NCBI GenBank assembly: GCA_035393325.1
Contig: DAOOXC010000002.1
Location: forward strand, 9,650 to 73,649
Source: Methylotenera sp.
Lineage (GTDB): Bacteria; Pseudomonadota; Gammaproteobacteria; Burkholderiales; Methylophilaceae
DNA length: 64,000 bases
Direction of reading: 5' to 3'
Under the pieces are notes generated by a model, which saw nothing but the letters and a program-made list of their open reading frames with translations, was not told where the DNA came from and searched no databases. Each line of letters opens with the position of its first letter. Position 1 is the first letter of the stretch. Below, piece after piece: positions 49,379 through 59,520 of the stretch. Both the position numbers and the translations under genes were made by a program.

Positions 49379-49593
49379 ATTCTAAACTCATGAGTAAAAG
49401 TCTTTGCCAGCGCTAAGTCCTGCAAGCGATGAGGTAGCGTCTTGTGTTGCGTAAAAACTACATGAATTATTCTAATTTAAATCTAAAGCCTTTTTATTCA
49501 TGAAGTTAAGTTAGAATTGTAATCATCAATATCAATTATCTTATTGTTATCTATGAATAATTCTATATCTGAACCCATCAAATTAAGTTAGCA

Positions 49594-52500
49594 ATGATGA
49601 ATTTAACGGCCATTTACACCAAAACTGCTGAAGGATTACGAGTACGTAAAGCCCTCTTTGGCGGGTTGTCTGCGCCGCTTAAACGGGTCATAGACCTAGT
49701 TGATGGGCATGAGAGCGTTCAAGCGATTGCTAAGCAGTTAAGTGATATGCCAGAGTCAAAAGTGATTGCGGCAGTCACGCAGCTTGAAAAAGACGGCTAT
49801 ATTAAATACTTATCAGAGGCAACTACTGAAGATGATTGGGAGTTTGGAACCGTTTTTTCACCCATGGTGGTAGAAGAAATTGAAGTAGAAGATCAATTGG
49901 ACTTCCCAGCGGATTTGGCACCATCGCAATTAGCGGAAATTGTAGAAGCTAACCGCCTAGAAGATGAACGCAAAGCGCGAGAAATTAAAGCGCAAATTCG
50001 TTTAAAAGAAAAAGCAAAAGCAGAGATTGAAGAGAATGCACGTATAGAGGCACAACGTATTGCACAAGAGGCGATTGAAAAAGAAAAAACCGAAAATCAA
50101 GCCCGAGCAAAAGCTGCTTTAGAGGCGAAGTTAAAGGCTGAGGCGGAGGAGCTGGCGCGCCAGCTTGCAGAACAAAAAGCCCGAGAAGAAGCAGAGAAAA
50201 TCCAGCAGGAAAAAGATCGTTTAGAACGTGAGGCGCAAGCACTTGCAGAGGCTAGCGCTGCTGCTGAAGCTCAAGCCAAATTAGAAGCGGAAGCGAAGAA
50301 ACAAGCTGAAGAAAATGAAAAAGCCCGCTTGGAGGCCGAGAGAATTGCCAGTGAGGCCGCAGAGGTGCAACGTCAAGCTGATTTGCGTGCCGCAAAAATA
50401 ATAGCTGAAGAAGAGGCCAAAGCTGCGGAAGAAGCCTTACGCATTGCACAATTGCAAGCAATACGTGAAGCAGAAGAACGTGCTAACGCTGAAGCAGAAC
50501 AGATTGCCGTTGAGTTGAGGCTGAAGCAAGAGGCTGAGGATAAAATTCGTATTGAAGCAGAGCGCGCCGCACGCGAAGCTGAAGAAAAGCAAAGAAATGC
50601 AGAAGAAACGCTACATAAAGCTGAGCTAGAGGCGCAAGCACTGGTTGAGCGAATTCGCGCGAAAGAAAAAGCGCGGCGTGAGCAGGTGCGAAAAACCCGA
50701 GAAGAAGAAGCGGCTAAACAAAAAGCCGATGAAGAAGCCAAAGCGGCTGAAGACGCACGCTTGGCACAAGAGCAACAAGCAAGACAGGAAGCAGAAGCGC
50801 AAGAAAGGGCACTTGCCGAAGCACGCGCAATTGAAGAGGCAAAACAAAAAGCGCGGCTAGAAGCAGAGCGCATTTTGCGTGAAGAAGAAAATGCCCGACG
50901 TGAGGCTGAAGAAGCAGCACGCTTGGAAGCCGAACGTATTGCGCAAGAGGAAGAAGCTACTCGACGCAAAGCGGAGGAAGCGGAACTGCAAAAGGCACAG
51001 GAAGAAGCGGAAGAAATCTCCCGCCTAGCGGCTGAGAAACAAGCGCGTTTAGAGGCAGAAACAATCGCACTTGCGCAAGAAGAGGCGCGCGCCGAAAAAG
51101 AACGCGTAGCACAAGAAAAAGCGCGGGCTGCGCAAGAAAAAGCAGAAGAGAAAGCCCGAGTCAAAGCCGAAGAAAAGGCACAAAAAGAAGCAGAAAAACG
51201 CGCCAAGCAAGAACAAAAAGCAGCGCGCGCCGCTGAAAAAGCAGCTCAAAAGCTGGCCAAAATGCAAACGATTGCGCCGATGGGGGCGCATGACAGCAGG
51301 CTTGGTGCTGATGATGGTGACCGAGAGATTTTGAGCTGGGAGGTCATGCAGGCGCAAATTAAACACCAATCTTCACGCAAGAAGTTGCGTTTGCCAAAAG
51401 TGCTTTCAGCCTCCAATTTAAAAATATGGTTTAAGCGGTTTATTCGGTTTTTAGTCATTTATGTGCCGATTTTGGCTCTTGTTTTGTTAGGCTTCATGCA
51501 CTTTGCGCCCTTAACTATGCTGGTTGAGCCAGTGGAAAAAATTGCATCAGACAGTCTTGGCACTCCGGTTAAGGTGGGCGAGGTGCGTGCATCACTTTGG
51601 CCGCAGCCACATTTTGTATTACAACAAGTTACATTAGGTGAAAAAAAATCGATATTGAATGTCGGAGTTGCGCATATTGAACCTGAAATTTCAACATTAT
51701 TTGATAAAACTAAAGTCATGCATTCGATCACAGTGGATGGTTTAAATATAGCGCAAGAAGACTACGCCATACCGCTGCAATCAGTTAATAAGCTTATCGC
51801 TTCTGACCAACTAGATGTTAGGGCAATCCAGTTTAAAAATGTGAAATTAAATATTAACGAATTTGTGTTTGGCACTTTTGACGGTTGGGTTGATTTTGAT
51901 AAAACTCGTGGCTTAAGTGGGTTAGAAATGAAAAGTGTTGAACAGGCATTAACGCTACATATCAGACCAGTAAATGGCACATATCAAGTGATGATGAAAG
52001 CGCAGCAATATAAATTACCATTTGGAGAAAAGGTGGTGTTTGATGAAATTACTGCACATGGACTTTATCAGCAAAACCAAGTTAACTTTGACCAAATTGA
52101 CGGTGAAATTTACGGGGGTGATTTTAATGCTAATGCACTACTCAATTGGCAAAACGCATGGCAAATAACGGGTGACTTTAAGCTCAACAAAGTTAATACG
52201 CAGCAGGTTTTAAAAGCATTTTCTAGTGCAGGTTCGGTAGATGGTAAGCTGACTTTATCGGGTAATTTTAATGCGCATTCAACCAGTGCGGCAACTTTGA
52301 TGGATGCGGCTGAAGTAAATGCAAGTTTTGAGGTTCCAAACAGCAAAATCAGCGGTATTGATATACCGCGCAATATTGTTACGCCGACAGACCAATCGCT
52401 AGAAGGTTACGCTACCTATTTTGATAAACTTTCTGGAAATCTTAAAGTGGCGAATGGGCGTTATCAATATCGAAATTTAGTTTTAAAATCAGCCAAGTTA

Positions 52501-52638
52501 CAGGTGCAAGGTCAAGTAGATATTGATGACAAGCAAAATATTTCAGGTAAGTTGAGCGCTAATTTATATACCCCCACCCGAAACTTTCAAACGCAATATG
52601 ACCTAACGGGCAAAATTGACAATGTAAAACGAAAGTGA
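49594..52638 (+). CDS. 1014-aa protein: small N-terminal globular domain, ~440-aa E/A/K/R/Q-rich helical tract, one TM helix, ~390-aa AsmA-like C-terminal domain
   Basis: Long uninterrupted ORF. The charged tract runs from about residue 118 to 555, with recurring ARLEAERIAxEAEE-like units. A basic stretch (SSRKKLRLPK..KRFIRF) precedes the TM helix LVIYVPILALVLLGFMHFAPL. The C-terminal region (GTPVKVGEVRASLWPQPHFVLQQVTLG...) resembles the AsmA-family N-terminal motif. Confidence 0.8.
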   Translation: MMNLTAIYTKTAEGLRVRKALFGGLSAPLKRVIDLVDGHESVQAIAKQLSDMPESKVIAAVTQLEKDGYIKYLSEATTEDDWEFGTVFSPMVVEEIEVEDQLDFPADLAPSQLAEIVEANRLEDERKAREIKAQIRLKEKAKAEIEENARIEAQRIAQEAIEKEKTENQARAKAALEAKLKAEAEELARQLAEQKAREEAEKIQQEKDRLEREAQALAEASAAAEAQAKLEAEAKKQAEENEKARLEAERIASEAAEVQRQADLRAAKIIAEEEAKAAEEALRIAQLQAIREAEERANAEAEQIAVELRLKQEAEDKIRIEAERAAREAEEKQRNAEETLHKAELEAQALVERIRAKEKARREQVRKTREEEAAKQKADEEAKAAEDARLAQEQQARQEAEAQERALAEARAIEEAKQKARLEAERILREEENARREAEEAARLEAERIAQEEEATRRKAEEAELQKAQEEAEEISRLAAEKQARLEAETIALAQEEARAEKERVAQEKARAAQEKAEEKARVKAEEKAQKEAEKRAKQEQKAARAAEKAAQKLAKMQTIAPMGAHDSRLGADDGDREILSWEVMQAQIKHQSSRKKLRLPKVLSASNLKIWFKRFIRFLVIYVPILALVLLGFMHFAPLTMLVEPVEKIASDSLGTPVKVGEVRASLWPQPHFVLQQVTLGEKKSILNVGVAHIEPEISTLFDKTKVMHSITVDGLNIAQEDYAIPLQSVNKLIASDQLDVRAIQFKNVKLNINEFVFGTFDGWVDFDKTRGLSGLEMKSVEQALTLHIRPVNGTYQVMMKAQQYKLPFGEKVVFDEITAHGLYQQNQVNFDQIDGEIYGGDFNANALLNWQNAWQITGDFKLNKVNTQQVLKAFSSAGSVDGKLTLSGNFNAHSTSAATLMDAAEVNASFEVPNSKISGIDIPRNIVTPTDQSLEGYATYFDKLSGNLKVANGRYQYRNLVLKSAKLQVQGQVDIDDKQNISGKLSANLYTPTRNFQTQYDLTGKIDNVKRK

Positions 52639-52745
52639 CTTAACAAATTGACATGGCAAAGTGACTTGGCAAGCATTTTCACCTTAACTATGCGCGGCAT
52701 AATGCGTTAAAATGTGGCCATGTTAACTCTTGAAAGTTGTTTGTT

Positions 52746-53972
52746 ATGCCAGTCAAACTCAGCGCCCCGCTAGCCGCATCATTATTACCTGTAAGGGGTG
52801 TTCAATTAGGCTTTGCCCAAGCGCACGTGCGCAAACCAAACCGTAAAGATGTGCTAGTAATTAAACTTGCTGAGCAAAGCAGAGTCGCGGGTGTTTTTAC
52901 TAATAACCGCTTTTGTGCTGCGCCGGTGATTTTGTGTAAAGAATTTTTAGCGCAAAAAGCCGGCATTCGTGCGCTGTTGGTTAATACTGGCTGCGCTAAT
53001 GCGGGGACTGGTGAAGATGGCTTGAATCGTGCCAAACAAAGTTGTGAAGTGCTCGGCGGTTTGCTTGGGTTGAACGCGAACCAAGTGTTGCCATTTTCTA
53101 CCGGGGTGATTTTAGAGCCATTGCCTGTGGATAAAGTGATTGCCGGCTTGCCTGCCGCGATTGAAAACCTCAAAGAAGATAACTGGCTGAACGCGGCTGA
53201 GGCGATTATGACCACCGATATTGTCGCCAAAGGAACTTCTAGGTCGCTGATGTTGGACGGAAAGCAGGTCACCATCACCGGCATCAGCAAAGGCAGCGGC
53301 ATGATACACCCTAACATGGCAACCATGCTGGGCTACATTGCCACGGATGCTGCCGTGAGCCAATGCACGCTAGAAAACATCATTCAATACGCGGTGAATA
53401 AATCGTTTAACTGCATTACGGTAGATGGCGATACCAGCACCAACGATAGCCTGATTTTGATGGCGACCAATTTGGCTGGCAATACGGAAATTACCGAACA
53501 AAGCGCAGATTTTGTAACCTTGCGCGATGCGATGACTGCGGTGGCGATTGAGCTTGCACAAGCCATTGTGCGCGATGGTGAAGGTGCGACCAAGTTTATG
53601 ACCATTCAAGTGCAGGCTGGAAAAGACGAAGCCGAATGCCGCAAAGTGGCGTATGCCATTGCGCACTCACCGCTCATCAAAACCGCATTTTTTGCGTCAG
53701 ACCCAAACTTGGGGCGTATTTTAGCGGCCATTGGCTATGCGGGTGTGGATGACCTAGATGTCAATAATATGGAACTCTATTTGGGTGATGTGCTAGTGGC
53801 AGAAAAAGGTGGGCGCGCAGTAAGCTATCAAGAAGAGCAGGGCGCGGCGATTATGAAAGAAAGCGATATTCTGGTGCGCGTGGTGTTAAATCGCGGAAGC
53901 GCGACAAGCACGGTCTGGACGTGTGACTTCTCTTACGACTACGTGAAAATTAACGCGGATTACAGAAGTTAA
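52746..53972 (+). CDS. argJ: bifunctional glutamate N-acetyltransferase / amino-acid acetyltransferase
   Basis: [31 protein letters not shown] (autocleavage ATML), [15 protein letters not shown]-terminus. Confidence 0.95.
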   Translation: MPVKLSAPLAASLLPVRGVQLGFAQAHVRKPNRKDVLVIKLAEQSRVAGVFTNNRFCAAPVILCKEFLAQKAGIRALLVNTGCANAGTGEDGLNRAKQSCEVLGGLLGLNANQVLPFSTGVILEPLPVDKVIAGLPAAIENLKEDNWLNAAEAIMTTDIVAKGTSRSLMLDGKQVTITGISKGSGMIHPNMATMLGYIATDAAVSQCTLENIIQYAVNKSFNCITVDGDTSTNDSLILMATNLAGNTEITEQSADFVTLRDAMTAVAIELAQAIVRDGEGATKFMTIQVQAGKDEAECRKVAYAIAHSPLIKTAFFASDPNLGRILAAIGYAGVDDLDVNNMELYLGDVLVAEKGGRAVSYQEEQGAAIMKESDILVRVVLNRGSATSTVWTCDFSYDYVKINADYRS

Positions 53973-53995
53973 TATCAGCAGACGAGGAGGCTACA

Positions 53996-54343
53996 ATGAT
54001 TTATAAAGGTGGATGCCACTGTGGCAAAATTGCGTTTGAGGTGGAGGGCGATCTTCAACATGTGACGCAATGTAATTGTTCAATCTGTACCAAGCGCGGT
54101 TCATTGCTTTGGTTTGTTCCTCGCACAAATTTGCACCTTAAAACGCCCGAAGCTGACATCTCAACATACACTTTTAACAGCCATAAAATCAAACATCGAT
54201 TTTGTAATGTTTGTGGCTGTGCACCATTTGGTGAGGCGATGAATCCAAAAGGGGAAGCAATGGCGGCCATCAATGTACGTTGCTTAGATGATGTTGAGTC
54301 ATCAGCATTAAAAGTAAATCATTATGATGGACGTAGCCTTTAG
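53996..54343 (+). CDS. GFA-family (glutathione-dependent formaldehyde-activating / CENP-V-like) zinc protein
   Basis: GGCHCGKIAFEV, CNCSIC, FCNVCG cysteine pattern. Confidence 0.8.
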   Translation: MIYKGGCHCGKIAFEVEGDLQHVTQCNCSICTKRGSLLWFVPRTNLHLKTPEADISTYTFNSHKIKHRFCNVCGCAPFGEAMNPKGEAMAAINVRCLDDVESSALKVNHYDGRSL

Positions 54344-54352
54344 TAGATTTAG

Positions 54353-55222
54353 ATGTCAAAAGATTTAGATAACCTAGTTGGGCGCGCCGAGCATTTATTA
54401 GCACGTCTGGAAGCCTTATTCCATGCGCCTTCCAGCCCGGTGGATTGGAATAGCACCGCTTGGCGATGGGTAAAAGCAGGCAATAAAGGCTATCTACAGA
54501 CTATCGCTCACCCACACCAAATCGCGCTGGATAACATTCAGTTTGTGGATTCGCAAAAAGCTAAAATTGTGCGCAACACCCAGCAATTTTTAAAAGGCTT
54601 GCCTGCCAATAACGTACTGCTCACGGGTACGCGCGGGACTGGAAAATCCAGCTTAATCAAAGCATTACTCACGGCCTATGCACAAGAGGGTTTGCGCTTA
54701 ATTGAGGTTGAGAAGCACGACTTAATCCACTTGCCTGAAATTGTGGAGCTGATTCGCAATCGCCCAGAAAAATTCATTATTTTTTGTGATGACCTGACGT
54801 TTGAAGCCAATGATGAAAGTTACAAAGCCCTGAAAGTGGTGCTGGATGGCTCGGTGGCAAGCACTTCGGAAAATATGCTGGTGTATGCCACATCTAACCG
54901 TAAAAACTTGATGCCCGAGTTTATGGCAGATAATTTAGCCACCAAACATTGGGATGGCGAAATTAGGCCCAGCGACACCATAGAGGAAAAAACTGCCTTG
55001 GCAGAGCGTTTCGGCCTGTGGCTGGCGTTTTACGCGTTTGACCAAGACGAATATTTGGCCATTGCAGAAAACTGGTTGAAGACATTCAATATCCCTTGGG
55101 ATGAAACTGCCCACAAAGCAGCATTAGAATTTACCCATACGCGCGGTGCCCGCAGTGGCCGCGTGGCGTATCAATTTGCGCGTGATTACGCGGGCAAGTT
55201 GCAATTGAATAGTAAGCCGTAA
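54353..55222 (+). CDS. DUF815 AAA-type ATP-binding protein
   Basis: NNVLLTGTRGTGKSSLIKA Walker A, IIFCDDLTFE Walker B-like; 289 aa. Confidence 0.8.
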   Translation: MSKDLDNLVGRAEHLLARLEALFHAPSSPVDWNSTAWRWVKAGNKGYLQTIAHPHQIALDNIQFVDSQKAKIVRNTQQFLKGLPANNVLLTGTRGTGKSSLIKALLTAYAQEGLRLIEVEKHDLIHLPEIVELIRNRPEKFIIFCDDLTFEANDESYKALKVVLDGSVASTSENMLVYATSNRKNLMPEFMADNLATKHWDGEIRPSDTIEEKTALAERFGLWLAFYAFDQDEYLAIAENWLKTFNIPWDETAHKAALEFTHTRGARSGRVAYQFARDYAGKLQLNSKP

Positions 55223-56160
55223 TGCTAGGTCAGCAAGTCACCCACGCTGCCGTTGGCGTGATTCAGCGTGAAGATGGTTGGGTGCTGTTAGGCCAACGCC
55301 CTGCAGGCAAACCTTGGGCGGGCTGGTGGGAATTTCCCGGCGGTAAAATTGAAAACGGTGAAAGTGCAGAAAATGCCTTAAAGCGTGAACTGCACGAAGA
55401 ACTTGGCATTACCGTTACGCAGCTTTATCCGTGGCTCACGCGCACGTTTGATTACCCCGAAAAAACCGTCAAACTCCATTTTTTTCGCGTGGCATGCTGG
55501 CAAGGCGAGCCGCACGGGGCAGAAGGCCAACACTTAAGCTGGCAAAATCCGATGGATTTACAGGTTTCGCCCATGTTGCCTGCCAACGCGCCCATTATCC
55601 AAGCTTTGCATTTACCCAGTGTGTATGCCATTACCAATTTGGCGGAGTTAGGCGAAGTGGCATTTTTTACCAAGCTAAAAACGGCACTTGAAAATGGCCT
55701 GCGGCTGATTCAAATACGTGAAAAGCAGCTATCGCCAGATGCCCTCAAAGCCTTTACGCAACAAGTGATGACGCTGGCTGACCCTTACTGCGCCAGCGTG
55801 TTGGTGAATGCTGATATTGCGTTAGCGCAATCGGTGGGTGCCAGCGGCGTGCACTTTACCTCTAAGCAATTGATGCAATTAGACAAAAAACCGGAAAACT
55901 TACGCTGTGCGGCCTCCTGCCATAACGCGCAAGAACTTGCCAAAGCCGCACAACTGGGTTTGGATTTTGTCGTAATTTCCCCTGTTTTACCGACTCAAAG
56001 TCACGCCGATGCGCAGCCTTTAGGCTGGCAAAATTTTAGAAATTTAGTGCGAGATTTTCCAGTGCCGGTGTACGCATTGGGCGGCATGCAAACGCAAGAT
56101 TTAACTGCTGCTTGGCAACATGGCGCACACGGCATTGCCATGCAGCGTGGGGTTTGGTAA
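55222..56160 (+). CDS. mutT: Nudix hydrolase (MutT-like) fused to a ThiE-like (thiamine-phosphate synthase fold) domain
   Basis: Nudix box GGKIENGESAENALKRELHEELGI. The C-terminal half has LIQIREK...GVHF...ISPVLPTQSH...YALGG. This fusion is common in betaproteobacteria. Confidence 0.85.
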   Translation: MLGQQVTHAAVGVIQREDGWVLLGQRPAGKPWAGWWEFPGGKIENGESAENALKRELHEELGITVTQLYPWLTRTFDYPEKTVKLHFFRVACWQGEPHGAEGQHLSWQNPMDLQVSPMLPANAPIIQALHLPSVYAITNLAELGEVAFFTKLKTALENGLRLIQIREKQLSPDALKAFTQQVMTLADPYCASVLVNADIALAQSVGASGVHFTSKQLMQLDKKPENLRCAASCHNAQELAKAAQLGLDFVVISPVLPTQSHADAQPLGWQNFRNLVRDFPVPVYALGGMQTQDLTAAWQHGAHGIAMQRGVW

Positions 56161-56210
56161 GGGTAATTTTTGCGCTATAAAATGCTTAATTTTTAAGCAG
56201 ATTTAACAAC

Positions 56211-56276
56211 AAATCATTTCACCACCTCTGTAAGCCAGTATCCATGCGGCTTCCAGAGGCGTAAAAATCTCTCGGG
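56211..56276 (+). repeat. REP-like hairpin repeat, copy 7 (forward orientation)
   Basis: AATCATTTCACCACCTCTGTAAGCC-AGTATCCATGC-GGCTTCCAGAGGCGTAAAAATCTCTCGGGG. It lies between convergent genes. Confidence 0.9.
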
Positions 56277-56304
56277 GAAATTTGTGCTGAAATTAAAACG
56301 GTTT

Positions 56305-56754
56305 TTATCTTACAAATTCTTTAATCGGCAGGGTCATGGTTTGGTGCGTTTCCTCACCATTTTTGGATTTAAAACATAAGGTCAACTCAACTTGGTCGCC
56401 TGCTTTGAGCGGTTTTTGAAGCCCAAATAACATTAAGTGCAAGCCGTTAGGCGCTAGTTTGGTGGGTTTGCCCGCTTGAATTGGCAGGCTTTCAATACTG
56501 CGCATTTTCATCACGCCATTTTTCATTTCCATGCTGTGAATTTCTACCGATTCTGCTACATCAGCATCGGCAGCCACGAGCGTGATATTTTCATCATAAG
56601 AGAGCGTCATGTAAGCCGCGCCGACTTTTTGCCGCGGTGCGGTGGCGCGTACCCAAGCGTCTTGTACGTTGACAGGTTTGGCCTCGCCAGCAAAACTGGT
56701 GGCGCTGAAAACAGCAATAAATAAGGCTAAAATGCATTTAACTAAATGGCGCAT
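56305..56754 (-). CDS. periplasmic copper chaperone PCu(A)C (DUF461)
   Basis: Signal peptide and the H(M)x10Mx21HxM-type motif region VEIHSMEMKNGVMKMR...GLHLML. Confidence 0.8.
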   Translation of the reverse strand: MRHLVKCILALFIAVFSATSFAGEAKPVNVQDAWVRATAPRQKVGAAYMTLSYDENITLVAADADVAESVEIHSMEMKNGVMKMRSIESLPIQAGKPTKLAPNGLHLMLFGLQKPLKAGDQVELTLCFKSKNGEETHQTMTLPIKEFVR

Positions 56755-56759
56755 GAGAT

Positions 56760-56969
56760 TTAGTGTCCTAATAGTTGGTTGGTGAGTTCGTCAGTTAAAT
56801 CGTCAGGTTTAATCGGTGTGGGGATGGCGTAACCTTCGGTTGCCCAAACGCCTAAATCGATGAGTTTGCAGCGCTCACTACAAAATGGGCGAAACGGGTT
56901 TTCGGCGGAGTATTCGCTAGACTGTTTGCATTGCGGGCAGGCAACCAGACGTTTTTTTGTTGAGGTCAT
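56760..56969 (-). CDS. yacG: DNA gyrase inhibitor YacG (zinc finger)
   Basis: CPQCKQ...[25 protein letters not shown]. Confidence 0.85.
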   Translation of the reverse strand: MTSTKKRLVACPQCKQSSEYSAENPFRPFCSERCKLIDLGVWATEGYAIPTPIKPDDLTDELTNQLLGH

Positions 56970-56979
56970 ATCGCGGAGA

Positions 56980-57738
56980 CTACAGGTTGCAAAGGGTCAG
57001 TGAAAACTTCACGTCGTTTTCATATTTTTGCGTTTTTTGTGCATTATCCAAGGTAAGAAAACGAATATTAATCGCGTATTTGTTAGCACTTACTTCTGGA
57101 AAGCACTGGGTAATATCAGCCATATCTACCCGCAACATCTGGGCAGGCTTCGCACCCGCAAGCATTTCTTGATACACCCCATTGGGCGCAACTTTTTTTA
57201 GCGTGGCGCCGCTGCCGCGCAATATTTTTAAAATCACCAATATCGCTTGATACATGGGCATTAACGGTTGAATCCATGACAATAAATCTTGCTTACGTCT
57301 TTCTTCGCCTAAATTGAGCCAAAAATGGTAAGACGGCACGTCAAATTCGCATACGCCGCCAGGAATGCCCGTACGTTGCTTAATCGCCATCAGCCATTCA
57401 TTGGTGCGTAGCGTTTGTCCAAGTTTGGTATTTTCTTCACGCAGGCTCGCTTCGGCGGTGCTGAGATCACTTATCAAACTATCGAGTTTTTTTGGGGCAA
57501 TGGCTGGGTTGCCACGCAACGTTTCCATCACCAATTTTTGGCGGGCTAATTCTTGCAATAAGTCAGAGCGCAAATCAGCGCGGTCAACAATATCAGAAAT
57601 TTGTAGCAACGTGAGCAACGCGGAATGGTGATGATTTTCATCACTAGAGGCAAGGTTGTGCAAGACTTTAGAAAATAAATCTTCAACACGCAATAAGGTG
57701 CGAATGCGCTCATTGAATGGGTAATCGTAACTAGGCAT
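56980..57738 (-). CDS. zapD: cell division protein ZapD
   Basis: [20 protein letters not shown]-terminus; 252 aa; coaE-zapD-yacG synteny. Confidence 0.85.
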   Translation of the reverse strand: MPSYDYPFNERIRTLLRVEDLFSKVLHNLASSDENHHHSALLTLLQISDIVDRADLRSDLLQELARQKLVMETLRGNPAIAPKKLDSLISDLSTAEASLREENTKLGQTLRTNEWLMAIKQRTGIPGGVCEFDVPSYHFWLNLGEERRKQDLLSWIQPLMPMYQAILVILKILRGSGATLKKVAPNGVYQEMLAGAKPAQMLRVDMADITQCFPEVSANKYAINIRFLTLDNAQKTQKYENDVKFSLTLCNL

Positions 57739-57822
57739 ACGTTATTACAACATGAGTTGACATTTTTTGCCCAAAAAAAATACATGACCCTTTAATTTTA
57801 AGGGAGGCTTCAGCTTTCATTA

Positions 57823-58458
57823 TCAAAGTAATTGGTTGATTATGCAAGTTTGCACCGCCATTTTAGTCAGTTTTTTGTGCATTTTGGCTACATTTTCAAT
57901 TAATTCAGCTAATGAGCCATTATTCTCTATCACTTCATCGGCCAGTTTTAAGCGCGTGGCGCGGCTCACTTGTGCCGCCATAATCGCTTTTACTTGTGCC
58001 TCGTCAAGCTGGCTTCGCGCCATGGCGCGCTGGATTTGCAAATCTTCTGCGCAATCAACCAATAAGGTTTTGTGGACTAAGCCTGCATATTGATTACTTT
58101 CAAACAATAATGGAATCACCAGTATTTGATAGCTGGGGTGAAACTGATGTTCATTTTCAGCCAATTTTTTAAGCGCATTAGCGCGAATCAACGGGTGTAA
58201 TAATGCTTCAAGCTTTTGGCGCTCAGATGGGCTGTTAAAAACGTGTGCACGTAATTTTGCGCGGTCTAAACTGCCATCTTTTGCCAAAAAATCAGCATTA
58301 AATAGTTGGTTGATTTGTGCTAAAACAGGTGAGCCAGTCGCGGTGAGTTCATGCGCAATTTCGTCGGTATCAACTATCGGCACGCCAAGTTTGGCAAACT
58401 GTCGCGAAACTTCGCTTTTACCTGAACCTATGCCACCAGTAAGCGCAATAATGGTCAT
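57823..58458 (-). CDS. coaE: dephospho-CoA kinase
   Basis: IALTGGIGSGKS P-loop; pilD-coaE synteny. Confidence 0.9.
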   Translation of the reverse strand: MTIIALTGGIGSGKSEVSRQFAKLGVPIVDTDEIAHELTATGSPVLAQINQLFNADFLAKDGSLDRAKLRAHVFNSPSERQKLEALLHPLIRANALKKLAENEHQFHPSYQILVIPLLFESNQYAGLVHKTLLVDCAEDLQIQRAMARSQLDEAQVKAIMAAQVSRATRLKLADEVIENNGSLAELIENVAKMHKKLTKMAVQTCIINQLL

Positions 58459-58477
58459 CTATAGTATTTGTTGTAAA

Positions 58478-59347
58478 TTATTTGATGTAATAACTGGCCA
58501 ACTGCTGGCCAAAAAACAGCGCTGCTATGCCGCCTAAGGCTAAAAATGGTCCAAAAGGCATGGGCACTTCGCGTCCGCGCTTGGCTAAAACAATGAGGCC
58601 AACGCCAATAATGGTGCCCATTACTGATGACAGCAAAATGACCGCAGGTAATATTTTCCAACCAAACCAAGCGCCTATCGCGGCTAAAAGTTTAAAGTCG
58701 CCATAACCCATGCCTTCTTTACCGGTGACTAGCTTAAACAACCAATAAATTGACCATAAAATTAAATAGCCAGCCATCGCGCCAATCACAGCAGATTTTA
58801 AATCTGTCAGGCCGCCGTTCAGGTTAAATAGTATCCCTAACCATAATAGAGGTAAGGTAATATCGTCAGGCAATAGCTGTGTATCAAAGTCAATAAATGT
58901 CAGCGCAATCAGCGCGAATACAAAAATCCACGCAAAAAACGTAGTGGCAGAATAACCATACTTGTAAGCCACCAAGCCAATTAGCGCGCCAGTTAAGGCT
59001 TCAACCAAAGGGTAGCGCGCGCTTATCGGCGTTTTGCAGCCACTACATTTGCCGTGCAAAATTAGCCAGCTTAAAATAGGGATATTTTCAAGCGCTGTGA
59101 TCTTGTGGCCACAATTAGGGCAAGCTGAGCGCGGCTTTGAAATGGTAAATTGTTCTTGCTCCGGAATTTCTTGGCCTTGTAACTCAAGGCAGTTGTTCTG
59201 CCATTCGCGCTCCATAATTTTAGGCAGGCGATAAATCACCACATTTAAAAAGCTCCCTACCAATAAGCCAAACACCACAGATAGGGCGATAAAAACCGTG
59301 CTATTTTGTTGTAATAAACTTGAAATTTCAGAAAAATTTTCTAGCAT
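58478..59347 (-). CDS. pilD: prepilin peptidase / N-methyltransferase (A24 family)
   Basis: CPNCGHKI...CSGCKTPIS zinc cluster, GYGDFKLLAAIGAWFG catalytic Asp motif. Confidence 0.9.
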   Translation of the reverse strand: MLENFSEISSLLQQNSTVFIALSVVFGLLVGSFLNVVIYRLPKIMEREWQNNCLELQGQEIPEQEQFTISKPRSACPNCGHKITALENIPILSWLILHGKCSGCKTPISARYPLVEALTGALIGLVAYKYGYSATTFFAWIFVFALIALTFIDFDTQLLPDDITLPLLWLGILFNLNGGLTDLKSAVIGAMAGYLILWSIYWLFKLVTGKEGMGYGDFKLLAAIGAWFGWKILPAVILLSSVMGTIIGVGLIVLAKRGREVPMPFGPFLALGGIAALFFGQQLASYYIK

Positions 59348-59520
59348 CTGGACCTCTTTTTTACTTATTTTTAATAAGCCTCATGTAAACTTAGCGCATC
59401 ATCGCACCGTTATAGAATTGTGGCAATAAGATAAGGCTTGAAAAATAGCTTTTAGCCACCACTTAAAACAGTAAGATGGTTGTTTGGGCATGTACGATAT
59501 GCCGCAGTAAAGGAAATAAA

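Noticed and set aside
50373-51206. 277-aa Ser/Ala/Cys/Arg-rich ORF on the minus strand inside the giant gene
   Set aside because: It is the mirror image of the GAA/GCA/AAA/CGN-rich coding tract on the plus strand. Low-complexity composition removes stop codons on the antisense strand. It has no RBS and no independent signal.
51321-51332. CCGAGAGATTTT inside the giant CDS, identical to the end module of the 66-nt repeat
   Set aside because: Only 12 nt match, with no hairpin core next to it, and it lies within a coding region. I judge it coincidental.
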